Assembly (NCBI GenBank): GCA_051874735.1
Contig: JBJEGD010000042.1
Span: forward strand, 22,003 to 86,002
Direction of reading: 5' to 3'
Origin: Candidatus Bruticola sp.
Lineage (GTDB): Bacteria > Vulcanimicrobiota > Xenobia > Xenobiales > Xenobiaceae
Length of the DNA stretch: 64,000 nucleotides
In this document: positions 40,468 through 49,854 of the stretch, in pieces
Position numbering within the stretch: the first letter of the stretch is position 1
Layout of the letters: every line of letters starts with the position of its first letter
Translations under genes and position numbers: made by a program
The notes under the pieces: generated by a model
The model's input: the letters and a program-made list of their open reading frames with translations, nothing else
What the model was told of the DNA's origin: nothing
Databases searched by the model: none

Positions 40468-40980
40468 TTATACACTTTTTTGCGCTAAAGCCAGCATTTC
40501 TTCTGTACTAGCCTGCAGCATGGTATAAGACTTCCAATTCAGGACTATAGCCTTATTAAGCATTTTCGTACCGCTCTCAGCAGCTTGAAGGGCCAAATCA
40601 CGCAAATAGCTATCGCCGCTTTCAGCATACTGGCCGATCAGCTCTAAAGAACGAATCAGGTTTTCCAATCCCATTCTTCCGACCTGAAGTTCTTCACTAA
40701 TTTCAGTGCGCACATCATCGGGGACTTCCATAGAGCAGACGCCGGAGAGGGTTGATTTATAAAAAGACTTGCGCTTTTCTAAACGTTCGCACAACTCTTC
40801 CTTAGAGATCTTACCTCCATCCCAATCAAATAAAATAGAGGTTACTTCTACTAAAGGACCGTTCTGATAAGGCGGAAGCGCCTTTCGGGAAGGAAGAGGC
40901 GCTTTACAGTACTCGCATACATCTGTTGAATCGGTAATTTTACCACAAGACACACACAACATATCGGACGTATCTTTCAC
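40468..40980 (-). CDS. Zinc-ribbon plus helical-bundle protein (paralog of 55128..55634)
   Basis: CVSCG...CEYC N-terminus; SMEVPDD...EELQVG and YAESGD..L motifs shared with 55128..55634. Confidence 0.75.
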   Translation of the reverse strand: MKDTSDMLCVSCGKITDSTDVCEYCKAPLPSRKALPPYQNGPLVEVTSILFDWDGGKISKEELCERLEKRKSFYKSTLSGVCSMEVPDDVRTEISEELQVGRMGLENLIRSLELIGQYAESGDSYLRDLALQAAESGTKMLNKAIVLNWKSYTMLQASTEEMLALAQKSV

Positions 40981-41037
40981 TCAAAAGAAGTCATTCCCTC
41001 CTGTCGCATACCGACTAATTGCCATTTGTTTTGAAGT

Positions 41038-42276
41038 TCACTTATTTACCGGCTTAAAAGAGGCCACAAAACAAGGGCGCTTAGGATCAGTATTACTACC
41101 ATTCACCAATCGTACTTCTTTGAAACCAGCCATATTCATTACGTAACGCACGCGTTCAATAGGAGGATCGCCTCCATCATCTATTAGTAACAGTCCACCT
41201 GGTTTCAAAGCTTTTTTTATACTGCTAAGCAAAGGCAACCAATCGCGCTTAAGCAACTCTTCAGGGCCGTCACCTATATGAATTAAACCGGCATGCACAA
41301 TATCGACACTATTCTCCAGCATACAGCAGTTTCGGTAAGTTCCGTCTATATATTTCACCGTTCCCCAATTTACGCAGCCTGAAGACTGCAAATCTTGGAC
41401 GAAACGCTTACAGGAGCCATCTATTTCTACGGCCCAAATAATTCCCTGACTACCTAATTCATTTCTTAAAGAAGAAAAGATTTTTCCGCTTCCGTAACCA
41501 ATTTCGCACCAGTTAACTCCCGAAAAGCTACTTCCTGCGGGAAGAAGTTTCTTAAGCTCCTCCATTTGCTTTTGGCCTCCTTCACTGCCGGCGTAAGTGT
41601 AAAGCTGGCGAAAAGCCTCTAGAGGCCACTGAGGAGCAGGTCCTAAACCTATTTCATTATGAAGTTTCTGCATAGAGTCGTAATCGCGGTTGCGCACAGC
41701 TAACAAAATTTCCAAGGAGCGGATTAAAGGGAAATCTTTATTTTTATCCTTGTAATAAGCTTGGTATACGGCCTCTTCAAAACTCTGGAACTGCCAATTC
41801 GGCTTTTTTACCTGCCAATGACCAGCTGTATCGGCATAATAAGCAGCATTCTCCTTCAAGGTTTCCAACTTAGGATCGAGTGCTACCAAATTTTCCAGAG
41901 CTGAGCGCAAAGGATACTTATACATGTAAAGCATAGGAAAATCGGCGTTAGGCGGCAGTTGACGCGCTCCGTTAAGCACTTGAGCTAATTGCTGCGCCGT
42001 AGGAGCAATTCCTGAGCGTTTAGTACTCTTAAGCAAAGTCAAATAGTCGACTACAGCTTTTTTAAGTTCAGCCTCTCCCACTATAGACGGAATGTCAGGC
42101 AGTCCATTAACTTTAATAGCAGGCTCAGCTTCAACCGCCTTTTTCTCTGGAGTTACAGATGTTTTTACACTATTTTTATCCTGAATTTTATCGTAATTTA
42201 AGCTAAACCAAACTCCAGCTCCTACCGACAGCCCTATACAAAAAAATAAAGCCCTGGACTTCCAACTTCGCCTCAT
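41038..42276 (-). CDS. Membrane-anchored class I SAM-dependent methyltransferase
   Basis: N-terminal TM; EIGYGSG motif I, IWAVEID, ALKPGGLLLIDD. Confidence 0.8.
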   Translation of the reverse strand: MRRSWKSRALFFCIGLSVGAGVWFSLNYDKIQDKNSVKTSVTPEKKAVEAEPAIKVNGLPDIPSIVGEAELKKAVVDYLTLLKSTKRSGIAPTAQQLAQVLNGARQLPPNADFPMLYMYKYPLRSALENLVALDPKLETLKENAAYYADTAGHWQVKKPNWQFQSFEEAVYQAYYKDKNKDFPLIRSLEILLAVRNRDYDSMQKLHNEIGLGPAPQWPLEAFRQLYTYAGSEGGQKQMEELKKLLPAGSSFSGVNWCEIGYGSGKIFSSLRNELGSQGIIWAVEIDGSCKRFVQDLQSSGCVNWGTVKYIDGTYRNCCMLENSVDIVHAGLIHIGDGPEELLKRDWLPLLSSIKKALKPGGLLLIDDGGDPPIERVRYVMNMAGFKEVRLVNGSNTDPKRPCFVASFKPVNK

Positions 42277-42355
42277 ATATTCTCCTCTGCCGTACTCCTC
42301 AAAAACAACGCTTCAGACTGCACTGTTCCAGCAAACGTTCAATCTGCGCCTTACT

Positions 42356-44347
42356 TTATTGTTCATCAGCCATCTGCTCCCAGATAGCCATCAATTCGTT
42401 GTTTTCTTGCTGTTTTCTGTCGTATTCCTCTCGTAACTTTTTCAACTTATCAGGATTACTATACAGCTCAGGATCAGCTAAACGCTCACCTAAACTTTGC
42501 ATTTCCTCTTCCAAAGTGCAGATACGCTTTTCTAAAGCCGAAAACTTCCACTTAAATTTTGACGCGGACGACGAAGTCCCTGACGATTTGACAGCTTCCG
42601 CTTCTTTGAGGCGTTTTTCTTCTTGATAAGCTTGCAAAGCAGCTTTGCGGTTTTTGGCTTGCTGTGTTTTGGTAAGAGCGGGACGTCCCTGTCGCTCTTT
42701 TTCTACAGCTTCACGCTGCACTTCCTTACGCCTAGCCTCAAAATAATCGTCGTAGTTGCCGACATAACGGTAAGCCTGCCCCTGCCTAATTTCGACAATC
42801 ACATCGGCCAATTCGTTCATAAAAAAGCGATCATGAGTAACGATCAGAACCGTGCCGGGATAATCCTGCAAAGCATTAAGCAAAGCCTGACGTGACTCAA
42901 TATCCAAATGATTAGTCGGTTCATCTAACAGCAAAAGATTCGAAGGCTGCAAAATGCATCGGGCCAAGGCCACCCGGCTTTTTTCTCCTCCGCTTAGCAC
43001 CGAAATTTCTTTATTAACATCGTCACCTTCAAAAAGCAAACACCCTAAAATTGTGCGAACTTTAGTCTGATCGACTTCAAAACCACAGACGGAGTACACT
43101 TCATCTAGGATAGTACTGTTCATATTGAGAGATTCGGCCTGGTGTTGAGCATAATAAACTGGCTCAAGTTTGTAACCGGCCTTAATTTTACCCTTGTCAG
43201 GCTCTTCTAAACCGGCTAGGAGGCGCAGCAGCGTAGATTTTCCGACCCCATTGCCACCGACTAAAGCCATGCGCTCACCACGCTGAACTTCTAAACTCAA
43301 TCCTGTCAAAACTTGACGTTCCCCGTAAGCTTTGCAGACATTTTTCACCGACAGCACTGATAGGCCAGAAGCAGAAGCAGCAGCGAACTGAGCTTTTAAA
43401 GCCCGCTGATCTTTATCGGGAGCTTCAATAAGTTCACGCTTCTCTATTAATTTTAATCGACTTTGCACTCGAGTAGCTAAAGTAGCCTTGTAACGGAAGC
43501 GCTCAATAAAGCGCATCTCCTGTTTTAACCGTTTCTGCTGGTTGAGATAAGCGGCCTCCTGCTGTTCGCGGCGGCGCTCCCGTTCCTCAACATAAAAACT
43601 ATAGTTACCAGCATAATCATAAATTTTAGACTGGCGCAACTCTAAAACTCTGCTCACGCAGCGATCCATAAAATATCGATCGTGAGAAACCAAAATAACT
43701 GTGGCAGAACTTTTGCGTATATAATCTTCCAGCCATTCTGCGGCATAAATATCCAAATGGTTGGTCGGCTCATCTAATAAAAGTAGATCGGGTTCCCGCA
43801 ACAGCAGCTTGGCCATAGAGCCGCGCATTTGCCAGCCACCGCTAAATTCAGAGGTCAGGCGATCCATGTCGCCATCTGTGAACCCCAAACCATGCAAAGT
43901 ACTGCGAATTTTGGCATCGATAAGCTCTGGCTCACTGTGCTCTAAACGAGAACGGCAACGACCGTAGCGGTTAAGGATAGACTGCAGTTTTTCGTCATCT
44001 TCAGGCCTATCCGAATTCCCTAATATTTCCATCTGCTCTTCTAAAGAGCGCACTTCCGCTTCTAACAGCTTGATGTCAGCGAAAACCTGTTCCATTTCCT
44101 GATACAGAGTCAAACTGTGATTAAGCTGCCCTTCCTGCCCCAAATAGCCAATCTGACAAGATGGACCGGGAATCACCGCCCCACTGTCATACGGTTCGGT
44201 ACCACAAATAATATGCAAAAGAGTAGTTTTACCACAACCGTTGCGACCAACCAAAGCAACTTTTTCACCAGGCGCCACAGAAAAAGTCACCTCATCTAAA
44301 ATTACATGAGCGCCAAAAGATTTATTTAAATTTACTACATGAATCAC
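42356..44347 (-). CDS. ABC-F family ATP-binding protein (Uup/YheS-like)
   Basis: Two ABC domains (GRNGCGKT, FSGGW, LLDEPTNHLD; GGNGVGKS, LSGGE), no TM segments, C-terminal coiled coil. Confidence 0.95.
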   Translation of the reverse strand: MIHVVNLNKSFGAHVILDEVTFSVAPGEKVALVGRNGCGKTTLLHIICGTEPYDSGAVIPGPSCQIGYLGQEGQLNHSLTLYQEMEQVFADIKLLEAEVRSLEEQMEILGNSDRPEDDEKLQSILNRYGRCRSRLEHSEPELIDAKIRSTLHGLGFTDGDMDRLTSEFSGGWQMRGSMAKLLLREPDLLLLDEPTNHLDIYAAEWLEDYIRKSSATVILVSHDRYFMDRCVSRVLELRQSKIYDYAGNYSFYVEERERRREQQEAAYLNQQKRLKQEMRFIERFRYKATLATRVQSRLKLIEKRELIEAPDKDQRALKAQFAAASASGLSVLSVKNVCKAYGERQVLTGLSLEVQRGERMALVGGNGVGKSTLLRLLAGLEEPDKGKIKAGYKLEPVYYAQHQAESLNMNSTILDEVYSVCGFEVDQTKVRTILGCLLFEGDDVNKEISVLSGGEKSRVALARCILQPSNLLLLDEPTNHLDIESRQALLNALQDYPGTVLIVTHDRFFMNELADVIVEIRQGQAYRYVGNYDDYFEARRKEVQREAVEKERQGRPALTKTQQAKNRKAALQAYQEEKRLKEAEAVKSSGTSSSASKFKWKFSALEKRICTLEEEMQSLGERLADPELYSNPDKLKKLREEYDRKQQENNELMAIWEQMADEQ

Positions 44348-44549
44348 GCCGTAGATAATAACACAAACTTAACTTATAACAAATAATTGGCTATTTTCAG
44401 ATTACAAACCTAAAAATGGGTTGACATTTATAGCAGCAGGAAGAATAAGAATACAGCTAAACTAAATCAATCTAATCGTTCTGCTCAGCCTCTTCCCAAT
44501 TAGGAATAGCGTCGGCAGATATTTTGTTGTTTGAGGATCGATTGCTGAA

Positions 44550-45791
44550 ATGGAAACTGTACGCGATTTAGCTGTAAGAGCTCAGAAAGCTTCTTTTACT
44601 TTGGCTAATTTAAAAACAGGAGAAAAAAATAGAGCTCTGGCAGAAATTGCCAAGCAGCTTCGCTTGGATCAAGAGCTTATTCTAGAAGCGAACCAGCGCG
44701 ATCTGTGTAGAGCCAAAGCAGACGGCGCCTCCCCAGCCTTTTTAGACAGACTAAGTCTCACTACCGAGCGTATTGCAGCTCTGTCAGATAGTGTATTGAA
44801 GGTAGCGCAGCTGGCAGATCCAGTCGGACGTGAAGAAGGATGGAGTAGGCCTAACGGTTTGTCTATACGCAAAGTGCAGGTTCCTTTGGGAGTGATCGCC
44901 ATGATTTACGAGGCGCGCCCTAACGTTACAGTCGATTCTGCCGTTCTGTGTCTCAAGTCAGGCAATGCCTGCTTGCTGCGCGGTTCTTCTCACGCTGCTG
45001 AATCGAATAAAGTTCTGGCGGCCAGTATGCGCCGAGCTTTGCAAAATGCCAATTTAAATCCTGATTTTATTATTCAAGTTGAACAAGAAGGACGCGAAGT
45101 CGTCGATGGGCTAGCTAAATTAAACGGACTGATAGATTGTATTATCCCCCGCGGCGGCCGCAATTTAATTCGCCGGGTTAAAGAAATTTCTTCAGTTCCA
45201 GTTATAGAAACAGGCGCTGGCAACTGCCATTTATATGTGCATACCCAAGCAGACTTAGATATGGCCCTGCGTATTTTAATTAATGGAAAGACTCAGCGTC
45301 CTGGGGTCTGTAATGCTTTGGAAACCTTGCTTATCGATGATTCCGTAGCAGCCAATTTCCTTAATAAAATTGAGCAAAGCCAGGAAATGGCCCAAGTTAT
45401 TTTGCACGGTTCCCCCGAGGTGTGCGCTCTGTGTCCGCGCTCTGTGGTCGCTACAGAAGAAGACTGGGACAAAGAATATCTGAGCCTCGATATTGCCGTC
45501 AAAATTGTGAAAAATCTGGACGAAGCAGTAGAGCACATTAACAAATATTCATCAGGTCATTCAGAAGCTATTGTAACTGAAGATTGGACAGCCGCTAAAC
45601 AGTTTCAACAGCGCGTGCTGTCTTGTGCCGTTTATGTAAATGCTTCGACTCGCTTTACAGACGGCGGTGAGTTCGGTTTTGGAGCAGAAATAGGTATATC
45701 TACTCAAAAGCTACACGCCCGCGGTCCACTCGGTTTGGAAGCTTTAACGACTAATAAATATTTGATCGAAGGAGAAGGGCAGATCAGATAG
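44550..45791 (+). CDS. proA: Gamma-glutamyl phosphate reductase
   Basis: PLGVIAMIYEARPNVT, RPGVCNALETLL, NASTRFTDGGEFGFGAEIGISTQKLHARGP. Confidence 0.97.
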   Translation: METVRDLAVRAQKASFTLANLKTGEKNRALAEIAKQLRLDQELILEANQRDLCRAKADGASPAFLDRLSLTTERIAALSDSVLKVAQLADPVGREEGWSRPNGLSIRKVQVPLGVIAMIYEARPNVTVDSAVLCLKSGNACLLRGSSHAAESNKVLAASMRRALQNANLNPDFIIQVEQEGREVVDGLAKLNGLIDCIIPRGGRNLIRRVKEISSVPVIETGAGNCHLYVHTQADLDMALRILINGKTQRPGVCNALETLLIDDSVAANFLNKIEQSQEMAQVILHGSPEVCALCPRSVVATEEDWDKEYLSLDIAVKIVKNLDEAVEHINKYSSGHSEAIVTEDWTAAKQFQQRVLSCAVYVNASTRFTDGGEFGFGAEIGISTQKLHARGPLGLEALTTNKYLIEGEGQIR

Positions 45792-45793
45792 AT

Positions 45794-46252
45794 ATGCACG
45801 TTTCCCAATCGACCTCTGCGCAGTTAGAAACCTGCCAACCAGATTCTGCAGCTCCCCTTTCAGTAGAAAAGGAAAGAGAACTGCTAGATAAAGCTGCAGA
45901 TCTGTTACATTATTCTTATACTCACAACGAAGGCTGGGGCACAAAGGAAGGCAGCTTATCGCTCCTGCGGAAACATTTCATGGAGCAACTCCAAGAAGGA
46001 GCTTTGGAACTTTCAGAAGAGGATCACTGTTCATCAACGCCCTGGCTGCTTCAGCGACAGGCGAAACTGCTCTCTATGTATACGACTGAACTTAACAACT
46101 TCGCTCAGCTCAGCCAGAAACATAATCAAAATCTATATCTTAACCAAGAAGCAGTTATTAGCGCTCATCGCCTGCTTATGGCCCGGGAACGCAGCCAAGA
46201 ATTGACTTCTCTGATTGAGCAGACTGCTGACAAATTGAATATTAAAGTATGA
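45794..46252 (+). CDS. Hypothetical protein
   Basis: 152-aa ORF starting 2 bp after the proA stop. Confidence 0.55.
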   Translation: MHVSQSTSAQLETCQPDSAAPLSVEKERELLDKAADLLHYSYTHNEGWGTKEGSLSLLRKHFMEQLQEGALELSEEDHCSSTPWLLQRQAKLLSMYTTELNNFAQLSQKHNQNLYLNQEAVISAHRLLMARERSQELTSLIEQTADKLNIKV

Positions 46253-46300
46253 AGTAAGCAGCTCTCTGAAATTTTTAGTTGCGGCCGCGAAGAAAGGGCA

Positions 46301-47023
46301 GTGAAATTGGTTTGGATTGCCTTAGAAAATATGTTCTGGATTTTCAAGCAAACATTAAAGGAATTCATACTTTATGGTCGTTTGAGCTGGTGGTATAAGA
46401 CTCGTTTTTCTTTAATGCTGAGCTGGCTGGGAAGTTCACCAAATTTGGCAGTTTTGCGCTTTTTGCGCAAAAATTCTCCCCAGCTGCTACAACAAGGCAG
46501 CCTACCTGATGATTGCGGAGGGCTCACTTACGGTGAAACCCTGCCCGGAACCGCTTATAGACTGCTAAAGCTAGCTTCCGCCTCAAATCGGACTAAAGTG
46601 ATCGATTTGGGCTGTGGACGAGGTATTGTACCCATAATAGCAGCTTTAGCTTTTCAAGCTCCTGCACTGGGTATAGACATAGTTGCAGAATATATCTGCA
46701 GAGGTCAGAAGGCTGTGCGCTTCTTGGGGCTGACGGAACAAATTGGCTTCCAAGAACTAGATTTTTGCCGGGACAATATTCCTGCCGCCGATATTTACTT
46801 CTTGACTGGACTCTGCCTGGAAGATAAAACATGGCGAAAGTTACAGAAAAAGCTGGCTACTCAGATACCTCAACACGCTGTTGTAATAAGTGTAAGCAGA
46901 TTAATGAACGGGCGCGATTGGGAACTGCAGTCCCGCCAAACAGAAGTATTTACCTGGGGAGCCGCTGAAGTTTACCTTTACAAAAAGAAGCTCAATCCGG
47001 CTCCTCCTATATCGGCTAAGTAA
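46301..47023 (+). CDS. Class I SAM-dependent methyltransferase, DOT1-like
   Basis: TYGET upstream of VIDLGCGRG, GIDI, DF, ADIYF, C-terminal FTWG..VYLY. Confidence 0.75.
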   Translation: MKLVWIALENMFWIFKQTLKEFILYGRLSWWYKTRFSLMLSWLGSSPNLAVLRFLRKNSPQLLQQGSLPDDCGGLTYGETLPGTAYRLLKLASASNRTKVIDLGCGRGIVPIIAALAFQAPALGIDIVAEYICRGQKAVRFLGLTEQIGFQELDFCRDNIPAADIYFLTGLCLEDKTWRKLQKKLATQIPQHAVVISVSRLMNGRDWELQSRQTEVFTWGAAEVYLYKKKLNPAPPISAK

Positions 47024-47142
47024 CACAATATTCAGATATAAAAGAGGCAGTCGTACCCATTTTTTTGCAGCCATTGCTATTTTTGGTTTATGTTATATGT
47101 ACAAAATAAGCTGTACGAGCGCAGTCATATACAACTATACTG

Positions 47143-49311
47143 TTAAATACTAAGTTCCGACAGTTTTTTATTGATACGCGCAAACTCTTTTTCAAAATGA
47201 GTTACTAACCTAGGATTAAAGAAGCGGCCTGAATGCTGCTTAATATCGGCTAAAGCCTGCTCCGGGGAAAGAACTCCCTGCGCTCCACCCTTAGTAAGCA
47301 AACGTTCATAATAATCGGCCAACCCAACTATCTGGGCAGACAAAGGGATATTGTCTTCTTTAAGGCCGGAAGGGAAGCCACTGCCATCCCACAATTCATG
47401 ATGATACTGAATGGCATCGAGCACCCCATCGGGGAAGGGCATAGAAGAAAAATTTTCATAGCCTAGCAAAGTATGCTGTTCGTAAAGCGTGTTACATTCT
47501 TTGACATTATCTCCGTCGCCAGAGACATAATACATGGCGACGTCAGGCAAAGCCATTTTTCCAGAATCGTGCAAACATGCTCCGACGTGAATACCGCTCT
47601 TCATTTCATCGTCTATTTTTAACTTCTCCGCCAAAATATCGGAGATTGCAGTCACGCGCTGTGAATGCGATTGACAATAAGCATCGCGCAAATCGGTCAT
47701 GGCAGACAGCGATCCCATAAACTGGAACAGGCTATTTTCCACATTAGCTCCATAGTCGCTCTCTTCTAAAACATTTCTGTAAAGACGTATCGACTTAGTG
47801 CCGAAAAACTGCAGCATAGATACTTCAAAGAAATCGCTCTTGCGTACTGGCAAATCGCGGGAAGCAGCTTTTTCTAAATCGTTTAAGGCAGCCTCTGTAT
47901 CGCCTTGCTGCAAATGCTCGGCGCTGCTGCTATATACGGTCTGCTCAGCTTCAGCACTGTTTTTCATAACCTTTAGCAGCATTTCTTCCGCTTCTTTTAG
48001 ACGTCCTAAAGAGCGCAAGCAAAGTCCGATATAATAATGAGAACGTATGTCTGCAGGAGCAAATTTCGCATAGGCTTGCAGCTCCTCTATAGCATCTTTA
48101 TAGGAACCACTCTTGTAGAAAATAACTCCAATTTCGTATCTGGCCTCTTGAGATTGAGGATTCAACTCAAGAGCCATATTAAGTGCTTTGACGGCTTTAT
48201 CGTAGTAGTTAAGCTTAGCATAAGCTGTTCCTAAGCTGTAAAAGGCATAACCGTTTCGCGAGTCAAGCTTAACAGCTCTTTCAAGTTCGGGCACAGCTTC
48301 GGAATAGCGTTCCAAAGCGCAAAGCGTGCTCCCCAAACAGTAGCGCATATCCCCATCGTCGCCACGCAGAGCAACAGCTCGACGAAAATACATTAGGGCC
48401 TTGTCAGGCTGTTTAAGACTCCTGAAAGCTTTGCCGGCAGCCGCCTGATACTCAGAGAATTCGGGAGCTCTATCAGCAGCTTTAGCAATATATTTAACGG
48501 CCTCTTCAGTGCGGTACTGCTTCTCTAAACACTTTCCTAAACCGAAATAAGCATCGATACAAGAAGGATGCTTTTCCAAAAGACTGCGCAAAATAGACTC
48601 TACATGAGTATACTGCTCAGCGATCATATAAGCCTGGGCCAGGCGCAGACTGGCCTTCATATGGCCGGGAACAGCCTCTACGGCCAAACGATATGCCTCA
48701 ATAGCTTTAGCCGTCTCTTTGAGACTGAAGTGAGCTAGACCTAAAACGTAAAATCCGTAAGCATCTTGGGGAACATTATGGCAATAAGTAGCAGCGGATT
48801 CACAGGCGTCTTCATAGTTACCCAATCTCAGCAACGCCAAACTGCGCCAAAGCGGCAGTTGAGGCATAAGATTGTCTTGACGTCCTAAATCGTCTAGTGA
48901 AGCCAGAGCCTCAGAGAAGCAATTCAATACCAAAAAAGCGGCCGCCGCCTTCGCAGCCCTTATAAGATCGGTATTTTGCTCCATAGCAGCTTTTAAATTA
49001 TTAATGGCCGGTGCAGTAAGTTTTTTATTAGCCAAAGGGAAAAGGCCTAAATCGAGATCACCATCGGAATCGGTCACTTCCATAAGACAAGAGATGGCCC
49101 CATCGATATTCCCGCCCAACAGATAAACTAAGCCTAAATTAAATTTCACCGGCCCACGGTTATCAGAGTCGATGTTAATACGCCTAAAAGCGGTAGCTGC
49201 TTCGGGGAGACGTCCTTCGGCAAGGCAACGCTCGCCATAAGTAAACAGGTCTTCACTATTATCGGATCCGGAGACGGCTCCGGCCTGGCTATATGTTTTT
49301 TCTTGTATCAT
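47143..49311 (-). CDS. TPR-repeat protein with C-terminal HD-GYP-like phosphodiesterase domain
   Basis: About a dozen TPRs; HSQRV, LHDSGK, QHT..G, HHELWDGSGFP.GL...IPLSAQIVGLAD. Confidence 0.88.
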   Translation of the reverse strand: MIQEKTYSQAGAVSGSDNSEDLFTYGERCLAEGRLPEAATAFRRINIDSDNRGPVKFNLGLVYLLGGNIDGAISCLMEVTDSDGDLDLGLFPLANKKLTAPAINNLKAAMEQNTDLIRAAKAAAAFLVLNCFSEALASLDDLGRQDNLMPQLPLWRSLALLRLGNYEDACESAATYCHNVPQDAYGFYVLGLAHFSLKETAKAIEAYRLAVEAVPGHMKASLRLAQAYMIAEQYTHVESILRSLLEKHPSCIDAYFGLGKCLEKQYRTEEAVKYIAKAADRAPEFSEYQAAAGKAFRSLKQPDKALMYFRRAVALRGDDGDMRYCLGSTLCALERYSEAVPELERAVKLDSRNGYAFYSLGTAYAKLNYYDKAVKALNMALELNPQSQEARYEIGVIFYKSGSYKDAIEELQAYAKFAPADIRSHYYIGLCLRSLGRLKEAEEMLLKVMKNSAEAEQTVYSSSAEHLQQGDTEAALNDLEKAASRDLPVRKSDFFEVSMLQFFGTKSIRLYRNVLEESDYGANVENSLFQFMGSLSAMTDLRDAYCQSHSQRVTAISDILAEKLKIDDEMKSGIHVGACLHDSGKMALPDVAMYYVSGDGDNVKECNTLYEQHTLLGYENFSSMPFPDGVLDAIQYHHELWDGSGFPSGLKEDNIPLSAQIVGLADYYERLLTKGGAQGVLSPEQALADIKQHSGRFFNPRLVTHFEKEFARINKKLSELSI

Positions 49312-49631
49312 GCTCACTTTAAATATTATACACACAAACGCCGAATTGTGAACATTTTAGAACCGCACTACTATCAAGTAAAATAAAAAAAATTAATCAA
49401 ATTAGATTGCGGTCACAATACTTAATTGCAGCTAAAGTCCTTAAACATGTTTTTAATGCAGATGCAACATAAAAAAAACTTTTTTTATAAAATTGCAAGC
49501 AGGGGACTTTAACTAAAACAAAAAAAACACCGCGGAAGTATTAGTAAAATATTTAAAATTGTTCCTTTATCTCTTAGACGCATACTTGTACATACTGTTA
49601 TGCGAAGTTAAGAGAGTGTAGATATATCTTT

Positions 49632-49790
49632 GGAGTGCCGTTTCCCCGGTTACTTGACAAAAATGCACAACTTCCAGCTTAGTTCTTGATCCGGTAGCTG
49701 TGCAATATTTGTAAGTGTAATACGGAGCGCGTACAGATCTGTGCAGGACAAATAAGCGGTAATATACATCCGCTTGTGCAACGGTACTCC
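49632..49790 (+). ncRNA. Candidate multi-branched structured RNA upstream of the nitroreductase gene
   Basis: GGAGTGCCGTT pairs with AACGGTACTCC and encloses three hairpins; G-U pairs favour the + strand. Confidence 0.35.
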
Positions 49791-49854
49791 GCTTTGAAAC
49801 GAAAAACTTCCTAATAGTTAGCACACAGGAAGTCCCGATAGCAGAAGAGGTTGT

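Noticed and set aside
19818-45791. Functional proline cluster (tRNA-Pro, proB, proA)
   Set aside because: The genes are 11-12 kb apart on different strands with unrelated genes between, and no T-box was seen; probably coincidental.
46250-46300. In-frame TGA between 45794..46252 and 46301..47023 (readthrough, selenocysteine or recoding)
   Set aside because: TGA serves as a normal stop elsewhere in the window (e.g. 53336, 58779, 34949), no SECIS-like hairpin is evident, and 16 open codons can occur by chance.
49567-49824. 85-aa minus-strand ORF in the intergenic region
   Set aside because: No RBS or motif; the region is better explained as regulatory or structured RNA.
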